Position numbers and translations under genes: made by a program
Shown here: positions 50,982-61,287 of the stretch, one piece after another
Position numbering within the stretch: position 1 is the first letter of the stretch
Layout: every line of letters begins with the position of its first letter
The notes under the pieces: model-generated
The model's input: only the letters and a program-made list of their open reading frames with translations
Told to the model about the DNA's origin: nothing
Databases searched by the model: none
From: Neophaeotheca triangularis
Taxonomy: Eukaryota
DNA length: 63,779 nucleotides
Reading direction: 5' to 3'
Assembly: GCA_054600435.1 (NCBI GenBank)
Contig: BAAIJX010000084.1
Span: forward strand, 1 to 63,779

Positions 50982-53461
50982 AAGGAAGCTGGGGGGAAGG
51001 TGCTATCATGAGTGAATGGCCTTAATGTGTTGGGCTCTAAGAGCGTTTAGGTCTGCGGTTGAGTAGGGATCGTTATCCTTGCGACTTCTGTTATGCTTCC
51101 GGTCTCACTTTAAAGCCGTGATGTTGTAGTAATGCTCCACAACTGTGAAAGAACGCATAGGTAAAGACACGAGCGAAGGCTTAAGACTTACTTGCCTACA
51201 GACCTTGAGACTGAGTGACCACCTCCTCACTCACGCAGCAGAGTCACCATCGACCTTACATGTCGTTTCTCACGATTTTGCGTCCTGCGGACAATTGATA
51301 TAACTTGACAGCCTCTGTGCTATCAACCCTTGTCTACGGCTGTTATATCCTACCTATCAGAGTACCATTTCTCTATAATAATGAACAGGGCACAGCGAAC
51401 CCCAGAAACCGACGTGAAGAAGATAGAGAGCTGAGGTGCCAGCCAGACGCTGGAAAAGGTGAATCCATGGATGCCAAGCCAATCAAGTCTGCTCTTTCCC
51501 AATTTGGAATGGTAGCGGAAAGCTACCTTCGACGTCTTGCGACTCTGCCGCTTTGAAGACACCGGACAGCAAGGCGACTGAGTGATGAAGTCTTGCAGCT
51601 GGTATCGGTATACTGAGTGTTGATGCCTGCGAACTTGTGTGGCATAATCTTCGCGCTACTGCCTGGACCGTCAACGCCCTGAACCATATCCCTCGCCCCA
51701 GCGGGCCTTGAGCGATTTGAGACAACCCTTTTGGTGCAGGAACGGCGCACCCCGTACTGCTGCCGAATGCATTTCCAGATGTTATTTGTGTCAAGCGAGA
51801 CCGCTTCCGCACCCTGAGCCCGCATCGCCACCAGAGCGTCTACTGCAGGACTCGAGCCAATCCAATCCAGCCTCGAGACGTGGTTCACCCTTCGAGAGGA
51901 GCTTGACTGGACATATCTTGCCAGCGCCGTGGTGCTGTACTTTGTGCTTTGCTGGCTGGCGAAAGTTTGCTTCATAGCTTCTTGGTGGGTTTCACGGTTG
52001 TTATCCTTTTAAGGCTCTCCCCTCTTCCCTCTCTCATGCTTGATTCGCGATCCTGGGGCGTTATTGGAGGCTACATTGGTGATCGCTCTGCTCTAGTAGG
52101 CTGCAAATGCGGCTTGTCGGGAAAGATAGCGTTGTGCGTCTTACTCGCCTCTAGGGGCTGGTTCTAAATGTCGCGGCAATGGGTGGGAGACACCAGAAGA
52201 AGAAAGATGGTTGCCGAAGAGTGTTGACGTTCGATCGGTGTCGTGACGATCACTGGACTCCGGCTCCAAGGCCATCTTGATACCACTTGACCTGGTCAGA
52301 TGTTGAGGGGATTTGATGCGCAGTCAGTCGCTTCGATGCAGCTTCGTCTGCCCGTTGAACGACTGTTTTGAGGCGAGGGGGCATAGCCCAAGCGAAAGAA
52401 TAACAAGCTTCTGCGACCGTCACGGCTCTTCTCCGAATCTCATCATGGCCAATCTTACCGGTCGCATGCCAGCATAAAGGCCCTCCTTGTCCTCGGCCAG
52501 CTAGAGAGCACCTTGATATAAGCAACGTCCCATCTGCTCTTGATCGGAAGTGTTCCTGACTCCAATTCTTGTTCAACGTTCTCTACCGCATTTGCTCGGA
52601 TTTTTGCCCGAGAGTTTTGCTGATACGACACTGTCGCGATGGGGATGGTACTCTCGGTCGCGAGGTAGGCCTGTGACTTCATCAACAACATGCGTGCTTT
52701 GTAAACTACTGGAACTTCTACTACTGTGCTATGCGAAGACATGCTACCGTAGTACCGAGAAGCCTACAGACGGGAGGACAACTGGTTGAGATGACGGGAG
52801 GCATGCATCGCGGCGTCACTACCTGCCTTCAACCATCCAACCAGCCAGAGCTCGGCAACCATTTCGCCCATTGAGCATACATTGGTCGCGCAACAAGCAC
52901 CACGAAGAAGGAAGAGTTTCGTGTGCCGAGAAGGTATACCAATCGACATATAGATTTCCCCCCTGATCATCACAGCAAGATAAGTGATGCTCAGCGCCTC
53001 AGGGCCTCGACTGAATAGATACACTATTATGGAATATACCAGTACTCGGCGGTTACCTATCTAACGATAGCCTTTAGAGCACACGCCTACCAACTATGAC
53101 GGTTGGTGCTGTTCTGGTGGCTGGCTGATGGGTGGCGTGCTTGTTGAGACCGTGCGCTGGGGCGCTGGGTTAATACTTCGCAGCTTCCGCTTTCTCCTTC
53201 CTCTTCCTCTCTTCCTTCCCCAAGTCGATCTTCACAGTAGCAAGAGCATTTGAACACTGTTTCCAAAACCAGCAAGCCACAAGTGAGTTTCTTGGCACGC
53301 TTTGATGACTGCAGCCATTTCGGCATCTCGAAGATGTTCGAGGCCGTTGTCCCATTGAAGGCATTGTACTAACCATGGCGACTGCAGGATCCACTTTTGA
53401 AAACCACCCGGGAACCACAAAGAACCCAAGAGACCCTCCGTAACAAGAGACTCTCGGCGAA

Positions 53462-56273
53462 ATGTCTTTCCCAACTCGCCAAAGCTCGCGTTATCGCAAC
53501 GCCACGAGCACCACCCTCGAGTCGACCGTCCTGGAAAGCCAGCTGCCACTGTCCACCCAGATGGCTCGTCTCACTCGCCTCGCCAATGCCGTGTCTGAGC
53601 CGGCCGGACTGCCATCCGAGCCGACCTACGACTCCACGAGCGCCTTCCTCGCTCCGTCTCCCACCCCGGCCAAACGCCGCATCCGCGTCGGCCGCAACTC
53701 TCGCTTCGTCAGCGCCTCCACTCGCTTGGGTGCCGACAACACTGCCCGCTCCAATGGGACCACGTCCTCCGCTAGCGCCGAGAACGCTGGCACCTACAAC
53801 CAACAGCAGATGGACAACTCTGCTTCACAGTTGTTTGAGTCCCAGCACTCTGCAAGTGGCCTCTCGGCGAGGCCCAGCACCCTGTCCAGCCGCCGCAACA
53901 CTCGCTTTGTCAATACCTCAATTCGCTCAGGTCGCGACAACACCACCGGTCCCGCCAGGACATCTGCCTCCGCCAGCGCCGAGAGGGCTGGCAGCTACAC
54001 CGAACAGTCGATGGACAAGTCGGCTGCACAATCGTTTGCGAACCAGCGGAGCTCTGAGACCGAGGCTTCGGTCTACGACAATCTCTTGTACAAGCCCATC
54101 GAGCGGTTCGACACTTGGGCGCGACAGACCGGAGACCCCGACTTCTTCTGGAAGACCCTCGTTATTTACTGGGACGTTTGCCCAGACGCTCCAAAGGACG
54201 GGCGCGCACCCGATGGCACTTACAATGTGCAATTCAAGGCCATTCGCTACTTGATCAGTGGCGTCGTCGGCCTGATCCACCACATTCGCTGCGGAGTCGT
54301 GATGGCTCAATCAGAGACCAAGCATGCCAATTTTAACGACGGCATTTTCATCTACTATCTTTTCTTCAAAGCTTTCAGCGTCGAAGACTCCCTGCACATG
54401 TCCGCCGTTGAGGGGCGCGACATCCTTATGCCGTGGTGCCGCGCAGTCGCTCGCGATGGACCATACGTCGATCTCTTTATGCCTCGCAGTTTCGTTGCCG
54501 GGGACAGCCTCACCAAGAGGGTTCAATCGTTCACGGCGCCTCCTCCGGCCACTTGCCTTCACTCTATCGCATCCAGTGATCAATCCACCACTCATTTGGA
54601 TTCCACTATTCTTTCTAACGTTGAGATCTCGCGTCACATCGACACCCTGCACATGCAAATCCTCGAAGCTCTCAGAACCATGGACCTACCAATCATTGAA
54701 CACACTGCTTCAAACATCGCTCCCTCGGTCCAATCTGATGATTTCAACACCTCCTCGCTCGAGGCAGGATCCACAGTCGCTACCGCTGCCCCTGCCGAAG
54801 CCGCCTCAGTCCAGTCCGACGACTTCAACACCTCCTCGCTCGAGGCCGGATCTACAGTCGCTACCGTGGCCGCTGCCGAGCGTTGTTACGCTGAAGACTT
54901 CTCAATCGGCTCATACCTGCACGAGTCTCTTCCCAGCAACCACAACAGCTCTTGTTCCTCTGGCGAGTCTTTGCAGGCTCTACCGCAAGGCGTCCGCCTT
55001 CAGGACAACGAAACGATCGTTTGGAACACTTCTGCCTTCCGCAATTTCTCTGGGAAATGGGCACCGACAACACTCGCTACTTCAAGACACTCTTTGTCCT
55101 CGGCCAACACTTTCGTTTCTTCCAAGCGCCACGATTCTCTCTTTTCTTCCAAGTGCCAAGACTCGACGCAAGAGACTTTGGACGATACTCTCGCCTCCGT
55201 GCGCTGCGCTTCACCGGAGAGCGAACAAGGTTCCCTTTCTGGTTTCGAAGAACCGAAGCCACCAGCCCCTCGCTTGTATCCTGCTCCCAAGACTTACTAC
55301 CCACCAGACGGTTCAGGCCTCTTGACAATCGGCTTCGGTCGTGACGAGGAGAAGCTGGTTTCTTGGGAAGAGCATTGTCGCCGCTGTGCCTGGATCAAGT
55401 GGGACGACGTGGAGAGAGCGCCGGTTGCCGCCATTGCTCTTACCGAGGGCCTTCCAGTAAGTCACGCTTTTGGTGTACCATCTTAGTACCTATTAGCTGA
55501 CAATACATTCACAGGTTGACAGAGTCATTGACTGGGCCTGGTTGAGGGAGGTCCAAAGACATGACAGGCAAGAGAAAAAGCAAGCCATCAGGATGGCTGA
55601 AGAGAAGAGGCTTAAAGAGCAAGAGGAGGCCCGCAAGCGAAAAGAGAGGCTCGAAGCTGAGGATCACGCCCGAAGGGAGTCGCATCGTCAGTGGTGGGCC
55701 AATTTTGTGCGCCAACGGGAAGAGATCATCGAGTTCCACCAAGCCCAGCGAGAGCGCTTGCAACTCCTGCGCGAGCAGAACGAACAGGCCGACTTCGAGC
55801 AGGCTCAGTGCGAGCTCCGGGAACCCCTCCCTGAGCAAGAGGAGGAGCTGGAACAACTTGAACCTGCCGCCGCGCGCGAGCCCGAAGGAATGGGGTAGTG
55901 CCCGCCTTCTGAGCGCCCGAGCGTCGGCAAAGATCTTGAGTATTCCTCCGACTCCCCTCCCTGCGCTGACAATCTTGAAGCTTCTCGTCACAGCGCCGCC
56001 ATCGAAGAGGAACGCATTGCGGCGTCTGCTGCGGCAGAGGCCCGTGCTGCCCTCCAACACGAGCGCAAGATGGAAAGGAAAAGAAGAGAGAACAACCGGA
56101 TCATGGCTGAAATCGTCGAGCTCAAAGCCAAACAAGCAGCCCGCGGTCTACCCGTAGCACCCCGACCTCCTCCATCTTCTGGAAAGAGGTTTGTGGGCGT
56201 TGCTGGGAAGATTGTGGCGGTTGCTGGCTTGCTAGCTGTCGCCGGCTCAGCTTTGTCTTGGTTCATGGGTTAA
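53462..56273 (+). CDS. Hypothetical protein (about 885 aa) with internal repeats, coiled coil and C-terminal hydrophobic tail, 3 predicted exons
   Basis: 665-codon exon 1. Intron 55457..55514 (GTAAGT...CTGAC...CAG) and intron 55895..55993 join ORFs 53462, 55542 and 56070 in frame. Ends FVGVAGKIVAVAGLLAVAGSALSWFMG*. Confidence 0.62.
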
Positions 56274-56355
56274 AGGGTTCGTCCCCTTCTCCCTCTCTCT
56301 ACTGACAACTCTTCAGGGTCAATCTCTTCTCAGCCGCCCGACGCTTGAAGGCCGT

Positions 56356-56875
56356 ACTAACATACTCGTCATCATTCAACATCACCGCTCCGTCACCAGC
56401 GGCTTTGGGTCAACAAACTTCAGGCACTCCTATGTCGCAGCATAGGTTTGATTCCGGGAGCAATCGCTGGCCTTCTAACCTCTCGTCACAGCTGGTCTAC
56501 CCGCTCCTTAATAAGCGGCTCTAACTTCTCGTCACATCTAGTCTACCCGCTCCTTAATAAGCGGCTCTAACATTCTCGTCACAGCTTACCAAGACCGTTT
56601 CGTCACCAGCGTGTCTCAGGCCACCGACCGTCTGGCATTCTTTTGTGGCAGCAAAGGTTTGATACCGAGACGGATCGCGCTGACCTTCTAACTTCTCGTC
56701 ACATTTAGTCTCACCGCTCCTCAATAAGCGGCTCTAACATCCTCGCCGCAGCACTACATCACCACTCCGTCACCAGTGGACCTTTCAGCATCCTCGGCTA
56801 TCTGGCACTCCTTTGTGGCAGCAGGGGTTTGACACCTAGGCTGGCGAGGATTGCTTTTGCTAACACCCAACGCAG
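56356..56875 (+). repeat. Degenerate triplicated 170-210-bp unit with nested 46-bp repeats
   Basis: CGTCACCAG at 56391, 56601 and 56768; GGCA.TC.T.TGT.GCAGCA..GGTTTGA three times; GTCTACCCGCTCCTTAATAAGCGGCTCTAAC...CTCGTCACA at 56495, 56541 and (variant) 56708. Confidence 0.85.
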
Positions 56876-58892
56876 CTCTACTGACGTCTGGCAGTGCCTT
56901 GCGGCGGCTTGGTAGTGTCTCTCAGACGGGTGGGCAGCTAACGTGTGTTAGTGCAGGACTTGGTTCCGTCTGGCAACTCGCTCACAGCGATTGAGATGAC
57001 GGCCGAGGAGCCTGAACTGCTTTGCTCTGCAGAGAAGAATGTAAGTCCCTTCACTTCCCCTTGATGAGCTCCCCGCTCAAGATCACATACTTCACTAACA
57101 AACCCACAGGTTGCAGCCGGGATGCCGTCCCCTCAACGGGTAACGCGAGGCTTGAGCATTCCTTCTTCGCTGCCCCTTCTAACAAGTCGCAGCGCCGGGG
57201 CGCCGTCTCGTTCGCGAGACAACAGAGGCTAGAGCGTCCCAACCCCCTTATCGCTGACCACTTTCGTGCTAGGTGATGCCAAGATGCCGCTCCCTCAACG
57301 GAGAAACAGAGGCCAGAGCATCTTTTCCTTACTACCCATTCAACATGGCGTCGTAACCAACCTTACACTCGTTTGACCCCTACTCCCCCGTCTTGAGCCT
57401 CTTGCTAACTTGGTCTTGCTATAGGTTTTACAATGGCATGAGCGCTGGAGAAGAAAGTAAGTACCCCCTCCTAACTGGGGCTTTGCGTCTCTGAACATTG
57501 ACTTCACTAACAGACCTCTGCAGTGCTGCCCAGGACGCCGACCCTCTCAACAGTGCCAACAACGGCGAGAGCGTCCTCACCATGCCGCCACTCTCCAACA
57601 GAGTCGGCGCAGTCAAGTATAGCCACAGCCACTCACTCATCCCCCACACGTTCGCTGTGCATCCCCCAGTCTTTCGCTAGATTCTAATAACACCGGGACC
57701 CACGCGTTCCTCAAAGACTCGGCGCAAATACTCTCCAGTCCTATGGGCGGACGAGTCGCCTTCCAGGCACTGTCACAAGGATTCCATGCTAATAGCAGGG
57801 GTCTGCGGTGGTTTTCAGAGGGGCCATGGTTACACCTAGGGGTCTGTCGATGGCCATCACTTTCGCTCTTTCGCTCCTTGCTGAGAGGTGGTGGAGGTCG
57901 TTCTCGGCTTTTTTTTTTTTGGCCTTTTGAGAAGGGTTTTGTTGAGTGGAGGGAGGGTGCGCTGGTTGGCTACTGTGCGACTTTCTTAGGTGGGGTGAGT
58001 TGATACCTGCAGGCTCCTTCTCCACCTGCCTATCGTGCTGACATTGTTTAATAGGGTGTCTCGTTTGGGTGCTAGGAGTGGCGGCAGAGGACAACTTGGT
58101 TTTATAATTTAAGGAATACGCTGAGGTGAAGCAAGTTGAGCGGAGAGGGTACCTGAAGCAAGTTGAGCGGAGAGGGCTGTATTGATATGGAAGTGGATGG
58201 CCTTGGGTACAATGGGTGTTGGTGCGGATTGAATGGAGGGGAGCTTGTTGAGAAGCTGAACGATCTAGGGGCCGGGAGACCAAGATTTGGGCATTGTTAT
58301 TGGTGATGGATGAAGGTGTTTGGCTGAGGAGACTGGTGTTATTGTTACTATTGTTATAATGCGCAGTGCGCTCAATACTCTCGCTACAAATGTGTTCTAT
58401 TCCATACTATTGCCGAAGATCTGAAGTCTCGTTTATGTTTCATTTACGCCAAAGGCACGCGAATCGCGTGGGTTGGGCGAGAACGCCCCGGGCCGTTGCG
58501 CGCACGCACGCGCGAGCTGTCGGCCTCGGCCTCGGCCTCGCAGGCCGAATGTTTACTCTCGTTGCTGGGGTCTTTACCTTATCCACGGCCTTTCAATTGA
58601 AGAAATTCAACAGTCTCGACCCTTCAAACCCTGCACTCCTAAACTTACACTTTCTCAATCTCTCCGTCATCTCACAACACTCTTCCAAGTATTCCTTGAG
58701 CTATTCCTTGCAGAGCGTTCAGCGGAAAGCTCCCACATCACCAACAACACGACCACGAGCGTCGATCCCATCAGCGAGCGGCAGCTTACCCGTCGACCCA
58801 ACCATACCTTACGTCCCCAAACTCGACGTACTTCGATCTACATCCCTACGAACTCTCCCAGACCTACCACACGAGCAGCACACTAGCCCAGC

Positions 58893-59715
58893 ATGGCCAA
58901 CAGGTTAGACACAACAACGTCAAACCCCCAACCCTCCACAAGCCAGAGCACTAAAAAACCCCTTCAGCACCACAACCAGCAACGGCAACACGATCAAACG
59001 GTACAACGACCACTCTCCACCGACCCAAACAGCTCCCAATCTCAACTAACCACCACAACTCCCAGCCTCCAAACCGAACTAATGACCCTCATGACCTCCC
59101 CCACCCCCGGCATAACCGCCTTCCCAACCTCGGACATGACCCTCTGGACCGCCACCCTCGCCGGCCCGACCGAAACCCCCTACACCAACCTCACTTTCAA
59201 ACTCTCGCTCTCCTTCCCTTCCAACTACCCCTACGCGCCGCCAGAAGTGCTGTTCAAGACCCCCATTTACCACCCCAATGTGGATATGAGCGGCAGGATT
59301 TGTCTGGATATCTTGAAGGCTGGTGGGGAGGGTAAGGAGGGCATGTGGAGTGCGGTTCTTAATGTGGGGAGTGTGTTGTTGAGTATTCAGAGTTTGCTTG
59401 GGGAGCCGAATAAGTGAGTTTCATGGGCTTTTCTTTTCTGGGTTTTTTTGTTTCGCGGATCAGGGGACTTGGAGTGGGTTGGTAAGGGCGGTCGGGAGGT
59501 TGGGAGGATGCAGATTGGCTTGGTAGAAGAGATGGCAACTGTTGTGTTTTGGATATGGAAGACGTGGCTTGGAGGATCACAGTCTTGCTGACTTGGGCTT
59601 AAACAGCGCCTCCCCTCTCAACGGCGAAGCAGCCATCCTCTGGGACCGCGATCAGACGGAGTTCAAGAAGAAGGTGCTGGCCAGGCACTTGGAGCCGAAT
59701 GAGCTGGACGAGTGA
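58893..59715 (+). CDS. UBC11: Ubiquitin-conjugating enzyme E2-C (Ubc11/UBE2C-like), 4 exons
   Basis: Spliced product MANSTTTSNGNTIKRLQTELMTLMTSPTPGITAFP...YHPNVDMSGRICLDIL...SLLGEPNNASPLNGEAAILW. Introns 58904..58967, 59001..59065, 59414..59606. Confidence 0.88.
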
Positions 59716-61287
59716 AAATCAGCATCTTCCCGACGATCAACCTCTTCGCAACGAGACGAGCGGAGGAGCGGCGCTATTATGGCGATTTTGGACATCAACC
59801 GCGAAAGGGCATCACCCTCTTCCAGAGGCGTTGGCTATATCGTGACATCCCTTATCTCAGCACACGAGAGCGGACTCCCACTCGCGATAGATGTACCGCG
59901 GAATTTCCTCGGGCGTTCAAGGAGCAAGGGCAAGATACCAAGCCGTCTACCTCTCCTAGCACATGCACTTGTGGGACGAGAGTCTTTGGACACAGCGATA
60001 GCCACGGGCATAACTTGCATGTGCATTGCTGTCCATGGCGCAGGGGGCCCTGCTTGTTTTCACGCTGGATACCCTTTTCTTTTTCTTTTATATACCTAGT
60101 TGATGGGTAGTCTAGCTCGCTACCTTTCTTTCCACTACACGTCCAATGTAAGAATCTGCTGGTTTTCCATGATGCTCTCAACGACGGAAATTGGCATCCA
60201 AGTATGCCACGGCTTGCCACGGCGTGCGATGTCGATGCGACGCAGTGTTGTGAAGCGCTAACTGCGGGCTGCGAGGGCGGCTCACAAGAGAGGTACTGTA
60301 CTAAAATGATGTACTTTTGCTTGGTATTCTCCTGCTCGAGCACTTGGATACACGCCCAGTACCTAGAGGGTGAATGCTGAGGAGAATAACAAGAACGAGG
60401 TGCTCTGCCGGCGATGCCGAGACGGGCTGAATCGTTGCTTCAATACTCCCATTCCCGCGCGGCTCATCAAGCTGTAGCGAATGGTACTGACGGTAGGTGC
60501 GGTAGCTTGGGGGTACGGAAATACCTACAACATAGGCTAAGGGAGTAGTGAGATTGACCTTTCAACGGTTTTTCCGTAGCTAGGTACCTCCCGGTACATC
60601 CTTGGGGTATGTGAACGTGCCTAGGTGGATTTGTACCTCTCTCCTCGCTCGCACAAGTGGCATAACTTAATAGTAGAGGGGAAGAAAAAGAAAAGTAAAT
60701 CTCGCAGCGAGCAACGTGGTCGCTAGTCAGGCAAAAGTGTAAATCGTCCAAAAAGTCTAATTAAGGTAGGGTAGGGTAAGGTAGCGAGCTAGCTGGTGAC
60801 CATGGCGACGATCTGTATATGAGATGAGGTGGATCTGCATCTGGGTATGACTTGTTTTCATCGTCGAGTAAAGAGTAGTTGGCTACCTTGTGCTTTATTA
60901 TACTACGGTACCTTACCTACTAGTGATATCCCTATGCGGAGGTAGTGCTTTGCCTCGTTCTAACTAATAACTTGGCTCTCGGGTCTTGTGAGTTCCGGGA
61001 ATGGGAACCGAGATGCCCGTCCCCCAAGATTTGATTTGATGGCGGCGGCGGCTGATGATGATGGCCGGTGATCATCAGATGACAGGGCATGATGCATGCT
61101 CCCGTCCTCTCCACAGCGTACCCAGGTGGTCTTCCGCTTGTTAGGGCCGTTGGTTGGTTGCTTGCCGGTAGAGTAGAGTATGTATGTTGTGTACATACTA
61201 TAGGGAAGAGGGAGTCTCCTACTGCTTCCATGTCTTCCAAGCTTGTCTCCTATCTGCCATCATCATCATCGTCAATCATCAATCATC

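Noticed and set aside
56356..56875. CRISPR-like repeat-spacer array
   Set aside because: Eukaryotic context, degenerate and partly adjacent repeats, 'spacers' homologous to each other, and no cas genes.
58127..58176. 23-bp direct repeat TGAAGCAAGTTGAGCGGAGAGGG twice
   Set aside because: Simple local duplication with a 4-bp spacer; no element between the copies.
1168..59715. Functional gene cluster (ubiquitin-related or secondary-metabolite)
   Set aside because: The E3s, E2, NAS2 and Ub-like pseudogene are scattered among unrelated housekeeping genes, and there is no PKS/NRPS/terpene backbone gene.
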